From IMG/VR virus record IMGVR_UViG_3300011334_000503: a stretch of 64,000 nucleotides of DNA; one strand, written 5' to 3'. The position numbers and the translations under genes were made by a program. Below, piece after piece: positions 1-7,761 of this stretch. Numbering within the stretch: the first letter of the stretch is position 1; the number at the start of each line of letters is the position of its first letter. The notes beneath the pieces were generated by a model. The model had not been told where the DNA came from. It saw only the letters and a program-made list of their open reading frames with translations, and did no database searches. The stretch comes from an uncultured virus (IMG/VR IMGVR_UViG_3300011334_000503). Its lineage: Duplodnaviria; Heunggongvirae; Uroviricota; Caudoviricetes.

Positions 1-608
1 TAGAAAAGAATCTGATTGATCTTTGTTTCGTCTTTCTTTTCTTTGTCACTCCATCCCCTTGTACTTGTTTTAATATCGTATATGGTATAAGAATCATCAC
101 TCTCGTTATAGAGAATAAAGTCTATGTAACCTTGAAGAAGTACATTTGGAGAGTATTCAGTAATAGGTTGTAAGATTGGAATTTCTATTCCTACAAGCTT
201 GGTTCCTTTCTTTGAGAAATACTTTGATCTGTGTTTTTTAAACCACTCTAAAGAAGCAAAGCCATCTTCTACAAATTCTTTGAATTCTTCTTTAGTACAA
301 TAGTGTTCGTTCTTATTTTGATCAAGATCGTTCTTGTAGTTTTCAAGCATTCTTGCCTGAAAGTACTCTGCTAATCCCATTTCTTCTGCAGCTTTGATTG
401 ATTCATCGTACATCAATCTAAGAAACTCTTGCAGCGCCTCATGAAGGGAAGTACCATACAAAAGGTGGATTCCTGGTTTGAATATCTTTTGCTTCTTTAC
501 ATAAGCTAAAAACCATTGATACTGACAGGAGCTGTACATCGAATATTGACTAAACGATACTGACTTCTGATAAGCATAGTTAATTGATATTTGATCTTTT
601 TTCGCCAT
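1..608 (-). CDS. PD-(D/E)XK nuclease (AddB/Cas4-like exonuclease), 3' end outside window
   Basis: Not in the ORF track. Manual translation from ATG at 608 gives MAKKDQISINYAYQKSVSFSQYSMYSSCQYQW...GTSLHEALQ...IEIPI...LQGYIDFILY...IYDIKTS, open to the window edge. Confidence 0.8.
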   Translation of the reverse strand, partial: MAKKDQISINYAYQKSVSFSQYSMYSSCQYQWFLAYVKKQKIFKPGIHLLYGTSLHEALQEFLRLMYDESIKAAEEMGLAEYFQARMLENYKNDLDQNKNEHYCTKEEFKEFVEDGFASLEWFKKHRSKYFSKKGTKLVGIEIPILQPITEYSPNVLLQGYIDFILYNESDDSYTIYDIKTSTRGWSDKEKKDETKINQILF

Positions 609-849
609 CGACAACCTTTTTAATTCTTTCAATATAATTCACTGCATCCATTAACTCCTCTTGAAGGTGTGTCAACCAATCGCTTAAGCTAAGGTCGTTT
701 CTATCAAGTGTAACTCCGTATTTTTTCTTTCCTACTACAGCTCTGTCGATAAGCTTGTCTATAACACCATCTACGATAGAGTCGGTCTTTACAACTGTCC
801 TACTATTATTTTCATCGTATATCGTAACCTTGCCTTCTTTTTTATACAT
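580..849 (-). CDS. hypothetical protein, all-alpha NTP-pyrophosphatase-like (GKKKYG...LQEELMDAVNY)
   Basis: ORF track; EExxD helix resembles MazG-like phage proteins. Confidence 0.5.
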   Translation of the reverse strand: MYKKEGKVTIYDENNSRTVVKTDSIVDGVIDKLIDRAVVGKKKYGVTLDRNDLSLSDWLTHLQEELMDAVNYIERIKKVVDGEKRSNIN

Positions 850-1061
850 TACGCTTGTTTTATTGTGAACTCTTCGTTAACTTTTCCGCACTCAGCACAA
901 ATAAACGTGGGAACTGGAATTATAGAGTCTTGAGGTTGTCCTGTTAAAAACTTACTTGCTTTTCTAAGAAACATTCCTTCAATAAAAGTGTTAGATCCGC
1001 AGTGCTCGCACACTACTTCTGTTGTCTTGTCTACTGTAATATTCATCTGTGGTTGTTGCAT
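849..1061 (-). CDS. small zinc-ribbon protein
   Basis: Two Cys pairs, CEHC and CAEC. Confidence 0.6.
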   Translation of the reverse strand: MQQPQMNITVDKTTEVVCEHCGSNTFIEGMFLRKASKFLTGQPQDSIIPVPTFICAECGKVNEEFTIKQA

Positions 1062-1071
1062 AATTGTATTT

Positions 1072-1224
1072 TTATTGTATGTCTTTTTTTTCTTCTTCTG
1101 TCCAATTTAAAAAGTCTTCTCCTTTATAATCTGGGTGATTATTTGTCATGTAATCTAGGCCTCCTGCCCAAAGCCAACATAAAGAAGCTAATAATGCTAT
1201 TGCTAATATAATCAATCCTATCAT
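1072..1224 (-). CDS. small membrane protein (about 50 aa, start re-called to MIGLIILAI)
   Basis: ATG at 1224 follows the upstream stop at 1244 and begins a hydrophobic helix. The longer track start (1338) overlaps the upstream gene. Confidence 0.55.
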   Translation of the reverse strand: MIGLIILAIALLASLCWLWAGGLDYMTNNHPDYKGEDFLNWTEEEKKDIQ

Positions 1225-1243
1225 AAGTTGTAGTTTTATATTA

Positions 1244-1810
1244 CTAGTCCCACCAACCCAAAATTCCGCTACCATCGTACCAATCGTTAAACTCTCCGTC
1301 TTTTTCTTTATCGTAAGACTGATAATCTTGTCCTTCAAGTATTGTCCAAAGCTCTTTCCACTGTTGTTTTTCTAACTCATGAGCTAATGCGTATACTTTT
1401 TTATTGTGAGCTTTTTCCTCTTCATTAAGATTATCTGCTGAGAAGTCCCAATCATGAAGTAGTCCTAGCTTTTCTTCTGCAAGCTCTAAACACTTAATGT
1501 CTTCTCTACCTTCTAGAATCTCTATGACTCTTTTCATTTTCACTATCTTCTTATCAAGAGTCTCTCTAACTTCTAATCCTTTATCCTCCATGCCCTTAAC
1601 TTGAATCTCTAAAGATCTTTTAAGCATCATTAAGGTAAAGCTATAGTCCCACCATCTATGTTTGTAAAGCTCCTTACGAAATAAGCAGATGTTTTTAAAG
1701 AATTGTGGTATATCATTTGCGATCGTGTTATAAGTCTTATACCACCAAGTGTCATGACGTTTTAATACCTTTAGACTCTCGAAAAAACTGTCGGCAAATT
1801 TAATTTCCAT
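1244..1810 (-). CDS. hypothetical phage protein
   Basis: 188 aa ORF with an A-rich start context (AAAAGTTATG). Confidence 0.7.
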   Translation of the reverse strand: MEIKFADSFFESLKVLKRHDTWWYKTYNTIANDIPQFFKNICLFRKELYKHRWWDYSFTLMMLKRSLEIQVKGMEDKGLEVRETLDKKIVKMKRVIEILEGREDIKCLELAEEKLGLLHDWDFSADNLNEEEKAHNKKVYALAHELEKQQWKELWTILEGQDYQSYDKEKDGEFNDWYDGSGILGWWD

Positions 1811-1825
1811 AACTTTTGTTTTTAG

Positions 1826-1897
1826 TAGCGAGGGCAGGAATCGAACCTGCGACCTACGGGTTATGAGCCCGCCGAGCTACCTCTGCTCTACCTCGCA
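1826..1897 (-). tRNA. tRNA-Met(CAT), initiator (fMet) type; CCA not encoded
   Basis: TGCGAGGTAGAGCAGAGGTAGCTCGGCGGGCTCATAACCCGTAGGTCGCAGGTTCGATTCCTGCCCTCGCTA: CAT anticodon, three consecutive G-C pairs in the anticodon stem, 1:72 mismatch, GTTCGA T-loop. Confidence 0.93.
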
Positions 1898-1904
1898 ATT
1901 TTTG

Positions 1905-2329
1905 TGGACCTGTAGAGATTCGAACTCTAGTCTCCGACAGTGACAATAACACCAACGTTTCACATGCTTAGTACTGATTTGTTCGCTTTATGCATGATAC
2001 ATAAACTGGTACGATAAATCTGCGCCGTAGGGGCTGACCTGTCATGGTAGGTCAATTTCCACCACCTTGTTTTGAGAAAACTAGGAAAACGACCCACAGT
2101 CCTTATTTAACGAGTCGATCGTGAATACTCGGAGTAGTTCTGTTCCTAGGTTACTCACCCGTTTGCGGACTAGGCTGCTAGAGCGTAATCGGCGCCTACG
2201 AAGGCCATAAGGTCGTCGTAAGTCATTGTTGACATTTCGTCAGTTATTGTTTGCAGTTTTCTAAGGCGACTCTACCAAACGCCTGCATGTGGTGCAATCT
2301 CAACAACCGGATCAATTCCAGTCAGGCCC
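1905..2329 (-). ncRNA. ssrA: tmRNA (about 425 nt); tag ORF 2241..2170 encodes (A)DEMSTMTYDDLMAFVGADYALAA*
   Basis: 5' GGGCCTG pairs with 3' CAGGTCC-A, including the G3:U70 alanine identity pair. T-arm TAGAG-TTCGAAT-CTCTA. ATAACT precedes the resume codon and the tag ends YALAA. Confidence 0.93.
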
Positions 2330-2333
2330 ATAT

Positions 2334-2343
2334 TGTAAAGAAC
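2334..2343 (-). promoter_or_regulatory. boxA-like antitermination element (GTTCTTTACA) upstream of tmRNA/tRNA
   Basis: Resembles the boxA consensus and sits 4 nt before the tmRNA 5' end. Confidence 0.4.
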
Positions 2344-2349
2344 TTTTTA

Positions 2350-2589
2350 TTAGAAATTAACATCTTTATTTAGAGAGATGCCTACTCCAAATATAGCGAA
2401 TTTAATTATAACTTTCCAGTAATCGTAAGTACAGTGATCAAAAAAATTCTCATCGTGATTATGAATAAAAACTATTGTTGGTAAGAAATAAAATCTAGTG
2501 TTTGTTTTTTTAAGTCTATACCTAATGAATATAGGATTCATAGACCAACTAGTTACTTTTTTTCTATTTCTTACTAATTTTTTTGTCAT
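2350..2589 (-). CDS. hypothetical protein
   Basis: 79 aa ORF, preceded by TATATTTAC. Confidence 0.5.
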   Translation of the reverse strand: MTKKLVRNRKKVTSWSMNPIFIRYRLKKTNTRFYFLPTIVFIHNHDENFFDHCTYDYWKVIIKFAIFGVGISLNKDVNF

Positions 2590-2645
2590 AACATATTATC
2601 TATGTAAATATATATCGTTTTTTGCTATTATTACAATATATTTTT

Positions 2646-3242
2646 TTAGTGAATTTCAAATTTGGTGTAGTCTGTTGTACTAGGTTTTTCGTTTTTAAAA
2701 TAGTACTCGTAAGTTTTTTTGGTCTTTTGAATCGTTATTATTTTTTTGAAAGCGGTAGGAACCGTGGCTCCAGTTGGTAAAACTTTAGATAAGTCAGAGA
2801 ATTCCACTATTATTTTTACGTCTATTGGTCCTTGCTCTTTTACTATCACTCTCTCTTGGGCTTCTAGTAATTTCCAAGGTCCTCTATTTAAGTATTGGTC
2901 TTGTAGGGCACAGTTTAAATAACTAAACGTTTGCTTTAGTGTAACTGGAGAGCAGTTAAAATCTGCAGCTGGGGCCATGTGACCTTTATCGTATACATTA
3001 CTAGCGTAATCTGCAGCATCTGAAGTTATCACTGAATCTACTTTATAGAAGTCTATTCCTGCTCTTGATGCTTTTCCGTCTGTGCACGTAACTGTATACT
3101 CTATCAACATCGGTTGTTGAAGCTTTTCGTTATAGACTATATGAAATATAGGCGATTGAATGTTAACTTTTTCACGCAACGGTGTTTGAGAGAATAAAAA
3201 AAATGGAATGCAAATAAAATAGGCCGATAATAATTTTTTCAT
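2646..3242 (-). CDS. DNA/RNA non-specific endonuclease (NucA/Serratia type) with signal peptide
   Basis: YDKGHMAPAADF (DRGH motif), TFSYLNCALQ..LNRGPWKLLE, VPTAFKKI; N-terminus MKKLL followed by a hydrophobic stretch. Confidence 0.88.
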   Translation of the reverse strand: MKKLLSAYFICIPFFLFSQTPLREKVNIQSPIFHIVYNEKLQQPMLIEYTVTCTDGKASRAGIDFYKVDSVITSDAADYASNVYDKGHMAPAADFNCSPVTLKQTFSYLNCALQDQYLNRGPWKLLEAQERVIVKEQGPIDVKIIVEFSDLSKVLPTGATVPTAFKKIITIQKTKKTYEYYFKNEKPSTTDYTKFEIH

Positions 3243-3265
3243 AATTTTGATTTGTTAGTTAATCA

Positions 3266-3901
3266 TCAACCTATTTTTGGAAAGAGAATTTCGCTCATAA
3301 AGTATCTTGCTCGATCTTCTCCTAATTTAGCTTTTAGTACATTATAAGTTCTTTGGTTTTTTTGTTGCTCTTCGCAATAGTAGTTTTGTCTATTTTTAAT
3401 TTCAAGTTTATCGTATTCTAAATTTACTCTTTCGATCAAACAAAGATCAATATACTTTTTGTATGCATCTACTACTATTTCGCTTAAAGTTTCAAGATCT
3501 TGATCATTTGGAACTATAGCAATGGCAGACTTAGAAAATATGTTATTTGCCCAGTCTGGAAGTTTATACAAAGAATCAAAAGATCTTGAAGATTGGTAGA
3601 CAATATTAGATACTGTAGGAGAATAGTCTAGAAACGCAGCTAAAGGTTTTTTATCTGTGGTAATCACATCGAATCCGAATATCGGATTTTGGCTGGTTTC
3701 GTTAGGAAAGGTAGTGATATGCAGAACTTCTAAATTTTTATCTGAATATCTTTCTATGTGAGCGATTCTAAAGTGTTTGGATACGTAACGATGATTGATC
3801 CACCCAAAATCTTCGGTTTCTATTTCTAGACCTTCTCCACTATTTGTGATTACTTCCTTAACTGTCTCTGCTATTTTATCCAGCGTAACTTTGTAACTCA
3901 T
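3266..3901 (-). CDS. pcyA: ferredoxin-dependent bilin reductase, PcyA/PcyX-like
   Basis: FRIAHIE, LEVLHITTFP, PIFGFDVI, AAFLDYSP, LPDWANNIFS, QNYYCEEQQKN, FMSEILFP match FDBR motifs; adjacent to a heme oxygenase. Confidence 0.8.
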   Translation of the reverse strand: MSYKVTLDKIAETVKEVITNSGEGLEIETEDFGWINHRYVSKHFRIAHIERYSDKNLEVLHITTFPNETSQNPIFGFDVITTDKKPLAAFLDYSPTVSNIVYQSSRSFDSLYKLPDWANNIFSKSAIAIVPNDQDLETLSEIVVDAYKKYIDLCLIERVNLEYDKLEIKNRQNYYCEEQQKNQRTYNVLKAKLGEDRARYFMSEILFPKIG

Positions 3902-4385
3902 CGTAAATTTTTATAACGTAATCTAATCCTATATTAGCTTCATCAGCCCAAGAATCTTGTTGTATAGCTCTAATACTAGATATAGCGGTTTGTTTATCTT
4001 CAAATTCATACATATTACCTGATCCTGGAACTTTAGATTTCATCATTTGTCCTCCATATAATAGGGCCAAGTAATTAAGATATACATGTGGTAACATTGA
4101 ATTATCATCTAGACCGTTTATATATTTTATATATTCTTTAGTAGAGTCTAGAGTGCTGAATATGAATCCACCAAGTTCGATTATATCTTTTTTTACGCTG
4201 TGAGATCTTGTCAAAGAATCGCTAGGTAGTTTTCTGCTCTCTATCTCTTTAAATATGTAGTATTGTTGAATTAAGTAATGAAGGTACTCGTCTTTACCTA
4301 GTTCGCCCTTATACATTCTTTGATTAAACTCTTTACTTTCTGCTATAGCGTGTTTTTCAGAGATCGCTTCTTTTAGTGGAATCAT
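3876..4385 (-). CDS. heme oxygenase
   Basis: LKEAISEKHAIAE (proximal His), YLHYLIQQYYIFKEIE, HVYLNYLALLYGGQM distal helix. Confidence 0.85.
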   Translation of the reverse strand: MIPLKEAISEKHAIAESKEFNQRMYKGELGKDEYLHYLIQQYYIFKEIESRKLPSDSLTRSHSVKKDIIELGGFIFSTLDSTKEYIKYINGLDDNSMLPHVYLNYLALLYGGQMMKSKVPGSGNMYEFEDKQTAISSIRAIQQDSWADEANIGLDYVIKIYDELQSYAG

Positions 4386-4395
4386 TTTTTGTGTA

Positions 4396-4644
4396 TTATC
4401 CTAAATTAGATTTTAGTTGAGATTTGCTCATTGCTCCGCTGTACTTAAAAAGTATTGCGTCTCCGTTTAAGAGTATGGTTGTTGGAACCGCTCTAATTCC
4501 GTACTGTTCTGCTATTGCAGGATTTGTGTCTACGTCTACGTATTGCACAGGAATTCCCATTTCATCCGTAACTTCTTTCAAAATCGGTTTGAAAGCTCCG
4601 CACGGACCACACCACGGAGCGCTAACATAAATTACTCTTTTCAT
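4396..4644 (-). CDS. trxA: thioredoxin
   Basis: APWCGPC active site and AVPT cis-Pro motif. Confidence 0.92.
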   Translation of the reverse strand: MKRVIYVSAPWCGPCGAFKPILKEVTDEMGIPVQYVDVDTNPAIAEQYGIRAVPTTILLNGDAILFKYSGAMSKSQLKSNLG

Positions 4645-5116
4645 TTCTTTGATTTAGTAAGTATAAATATAAGTCGTCTATTGTTCCTTCAAAGTCTTCC
4701 ATAACTAATTCAAGTTCTTCCTTAGTCATTTTAAACTCTTTGGACAGTCTTTTCTTTAATCCATTGAATCTTTTATCTTCCTCTTTGTGTGAGTCTTCCA
4801 TGAGTCTCCTGTAGCGCTCCATGTAAAGATTGATTCTGTCTATCCGGTCTTCTCCGTGAGCCATGTCTTTTACTTCGTCGTGCATCCTATACACCTCATG
4901 TTGCGCTTGGTAAAAGTAGCTTGGATACTCGTAGTCACCGTTAAGTATTTTCAGTCGCATAGGAGCTTTCTCGTCCAACTCTTGAATATCGTGATACCTT
5001 CTCCACCATTGAAAGCGATTGTACTTCTTTTGCGATAAGTGATCAATCTTCTCTTCTAGTGACTCTCGATCTAGCAGTATTAACTCTTCTTTAAAACTTT
5101 CCAAAATGTCGCTCAT
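4622..5116 (-). CDS. hypothetical phage protein
   Basis: 164 aa ORF. Confidence 0.65.
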   Translation of the reverse strand: MSDILESFKEELILLDRESLEEKIDHLSQKKYNRFQWWRRYHDIQELDEKAPMRLKILNGDYEYPSYFYQAQHEVYRMHDEVKDMAHGEDRIDRINLYMERYRRLMEDSHKEEDKRFNGLKKRLSKEFKMTKEELELVMEDFEGTIDDLYLYLLNQRNEKSNLC

Positions 5117-5179
5117 AACTTTTATTTAAGTAAATGTACTGCTTATACGAACCACATTATAGTTTAAGTTTTTAGTAAT

Positions 5180-5827
5180 TTAAAATTTATTCCAATGTCT
5201 TTCGTAAACATGTAAATTAGTAACGTGCCAATGCATTTGGCCTATAGGATATCCAGTATTTTCTGATACTAACTCCATTAATTTAGAAAAACAATATTGA
5301 TCATTCCCGAAACCAAACCATAAGTCAATGGATCTAGCGAATACTGATAATTCTAATTTACCACGATGTATATAAAAGTTTAATGCAAAATTACAAGGTG
5401 TATCATATTTGTAAATGTCTAGTTCTTCTATATCGTAATGCACTAATATAGCTCGTCTTGAATTTGGATTATTTTTTAACTCTTCAATCATTCTATCTAG
5501 TTGATTATTTTTATTCCAAAAATAACCATAGTTAGACACTACGTTTGTAGTTCCAGGAATCATCATATTTTTCCATATCTTGGCTCTTTCAGATATCTCT
5601 AGAGCATCTCTATCTCCTTTAAGATACCAATCAAATTCGTAGTCAGCGTAGTCTTTATTAAATTTTCTTGCTGGTGTTTTTATAACTCTATCTAGTGGAT
5701 CTAATATTGTAAAAGTAGCATTAAAAATAGCTTTAGTTCCCGCAAAAAGATCACCGTGCTTATTAATATAATGATAAGATAATTCGAACGCTGTAGTGGG
5801 AGTCTTAAATTTATTGTTCTGTATCAT
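5180..5827 (-). CDS. thymidylate synthase superfamily protein, dCMP-specific type (dCMP hydroxymethylase/methylase/hydroxylase-like)
   Basis: NSRRA, DTPCN catalytic Cys, RSIDLWFGFGND (Asp at the ThyA Asn177 position, as in T4 gp42), NLHVYERH. Confidence 0.8.
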   Translation of the reverse strand: MIQNNKFKTPTTAFELSYHYINKHGDLFAGTKAIFNATFTILDPLDRVIKTPARKFNKDYADYEFDWYLKGDRDALEISERAKIWKNMMIPGTTNVVSNYGYFWNKNNQLDRMIEELKNNPNSRRAILVHYDIEELDIYKYDTPCNFALNFYIHRGKLELSVFARSIDLWFGFGNDQYCFSKLMELVSENTGYPIGQMHWHVTNLHVYERHWNKF

Positions 5828-6263
5828 ACTGTTCTACTGAGATGAATTGTTTTAAAAAATATACGCCTTCTAGATTTCTGTACTTAGTCAAATATACTAC
5901 TCTTTTTATTCCTGATTGTAAGATAAGTTTCGAGCAATCTAAACATGGAGACAGGGTTAGATATAAAGTTCCACCGTTTACGGAAGTTCCAGTTTTAGCC
6001 GCCTTAAGAATGGCATTAACTTCTCCGTGGATCACATGAGGTACGGTAACATTATCTTTTTCGCAACAGTTATCCATGCCAGCTGGGGTACCATTATATC
6101 CCATTGAAATTATGTTACCGTCTTTAACCAAAACTGCGCCGACTTTAAATCGGACGCAGTGTGAAAGAGTAGAGACCTCATTTGCTATATTCATAAAAAC
6201 TGAGTCCAGTCTTTTCTGCTTGTTAGCACGAAGAATCATGGTTTCTTTGATGCTTGGTGTCAT
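5811..6263 (-). CDS. dCMP deaminase
   Basis: KVGAVLV, GYNGTP, HGEVNAI, SPCLDC zinc motifs. Confidence 0.9.
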   Translation of the reverse strand: MTPSIKETMILRANKQKRLDSVFMNIANEVSTLSHCVRFKVGAVLVKDGNIISMGYNGTPAGMDNCCEKDNVTVPHVIHGEVNAILKAAKTGTSVNGGTLYLTLSPCLDCSKLILQSGIKRVVYLTKYRNLEGVYFLKQFISVEQYDTEQ

Positions 6264-6266
6264 AAC

Positions 6267-6572
6267 CTATAGCGATTCTTTTACAAAAGTTCCACCGACC
6301 ATAGTACCTTTACGCTTAGCGATAACATCGTAAGCTGAATTGATGCAGTCTTCTATTTTAAAACCTTTAAGCGCGGCAAGATTGGTAAGAACTACTACGC
6401 AGTCTCCGATAGCATCGATAAACTCTTCTTCATCGTTCTTTAGGATTGCTTTGGCCAATTCTCCTGCTTCTTCTTGCAATTTGATGTATTGTGTCTTTGC
6501 ATCTCCTTTTTCGTAAATTCCCCTTTCTTGCGCCCAGTCTCTGATTGATTGAAATTCGTTACTTAACGTCAT
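6267..6572 (-). CDS. MazG-like nucleotide pyrophosphohydrolase
   Basis: WAQERGI, KLQEEAGELA, DAIGD motifs. Confidence 0.85.
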   Translation of the reverse strand: MTLSNEFQSIRDWAQERGIYEKGDAKTQYIKLQEEAGELAKAILKNDEEEFIDAIGDCVVVLTNLAALKGFKIEDCINSAYDVIAKRKGTMVGGTFVKESL

Positions 6573-6858
6573 TTTGTTTTTCTTTTTGTTGTTTTTGATA
6601 TTCGTTTAGTGATGCCGCATAGGCGACAAGGTCTAGATAATTGTCCTCCTTATAATTCCAAGAAGCTCTGGATAGCTTTAAAGCCAGCATGCAATTGTAC
6701 ATATCGAATGTAGTTATTTCTTTTCTAGAAAGCTCAGATGCGATTCTTGCGGATTGTTCCATGCCTTCTATAAATTCACCATACATGCGACTTTTTTCTT
6801 CTTGTCTTTCAAATACAATCTCGTGAGCTTGTTGTAGTATGCTTTTTTCTTTATTCAT
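6559..6858 (-). CDS. DUF6378-like all-alpha protein often found in nucleotide-modification loci
   Basis: ILQQAHEIV...MYG...MLALKLSR...KEDNYLDLVAYAA; start re-called to ATG at 6858. Confidence 0.65.
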   Translation of the reverse strand: MNKEKSILQQAHEIVFERQEEKSRMYGEFIEGMEQSARIASELSRKEITTFDMYNCMLALKLSRASWNYKEDNYLDLVAYAASLNEYQKQQKEKQNDVK

Positions 6859-6875
6859 AACCAAATCTACTAAAA

Positions 6876-7760
6876 TTAATTGACATATTTGCTGATATCT
6901 CGGTGGTCACCCCATGGTCGATCAGAGTCTAGATCTTCTGTTTTTATGTTTGGCTTTGGCATGTTTGCCGCCACGTTCCAAAACCAATCTCCAGGTTTAC
7001 CGTGTTCTTTAAGCAATTCCCAACCTTTTGCGTCGTATGTTCTGATGCAATCAAACGGTGGTACGATCTTTGCTTCTTTTAAGAATGGTTTCGAGTGAGT
7101 GTAAAACTTTGCTCGACCAAGTTCTCCGTCTTGAATATTTCTTGCTACAGCTACCGCATGAAACTCTGTATTCGGTAGAGCAATTTGTAAAGATCTTGAT
7201 AAAACTCCAGTAGACATAACAGACCACATTGTTTTTATGTCTGTATCTTTAAAGTTATCGTAAAACACTCGAACTCCTCCAGCTACCACCATCTCGTGTT
7301 TAAGACCAAAAGGCAAAAATTTAGCTCCTATCTTTTCTGCGAACTGTTTTGCCCAAATGTTTGCGGTTGGCATTGCAGGTATTCTTAAAAAGATTGGAAT
7401 TCCTCCGTATTCTATAGCTGTCCTCTGGTGCTCAGAGGCTTCTTTGGACGCAGGCATAATTAGGTAAAGTTTCTTATTATACTTCTTTGCAAGATAGCAC
7501 AGTGAGAACGGGGCATATCCTGTACGCGGCGCTACATATACCATTGCATCTTCTTTTATTTGTGAGATAAAGAAGTCTGCCATTTTAGATTTGGTACCGT
7601 AAAGAAACTCACCGTCGTCTATTACTTTGAATCCCTCGATGTCTTTTATGGTAAAGGTAAAATCGTGTTTGTAGTCTTTGGTAAGATCTAAGTAGTACTC
7701 TAACGATCTTCCGTTTGCAAGATCTAGGTTAGAATCTCCTTTTGTTTTGTTTATGTACAT
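6876..7760 (-). CDS. PLP-dependent enzyme, fold type II (ACC deaminase/cysteine synthase-like)
   Basis: GTK Schiff-base Lys, GYAPFSLCYLAKKYNKK, VMSTGVLSRSL phosphate loop, YDAKGW. Confidence 0.75.
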   Translation of the reverse strand: MYINKTKGDSNLDLANGRSLEYYLDLTKDYKHDFTFTIKDIEGFKVIDDGEFLYGTKSKMADFFISQIKEDAMVYVAPRTGYAPFSLCYLAKKYNKKLYLIMPASKEASEHQRTAIEYGGIPIFLRIPAMPTANIWAKQFAEKIGAKFLPFGLKHEMVVAGGVRVFYDNFKDTDIKTMWSVMSTGVLSRSLQIALPNTEFHAVAVARNIQDGELGRAKFYTHSKPFLKEAKIVPPFDCIRTYDAKGWELLKEHGKPGDWFWNVAANMPKPNIKTEDLDSDRPWGDHRDISKYVN

Positions 7761-7761
7761 T

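Noticed and set aside
1..608. Cas4 as evidence of a CRISPR system
   Set aside because: This is a stand-alone phage PD-(D/E)XK nuclease; no cas genes or array are in the window.
3266..4385. Calling the phage a cyanophage because of HO/pcyA, hsp20 and 2OG oxygenases
   Set aside because: No photosynthesis genes are in the window, the polymerase is family A rather than the T4-like family B, and expression signals look Bacteroidota-like. The host remains unproven.
5180..5827. Annotating this gene as ordinary thyA
   Set aside because: The specificity residue is Asp (GND), as in dCMP-modifying enzymes, not the Asn of ThyA.
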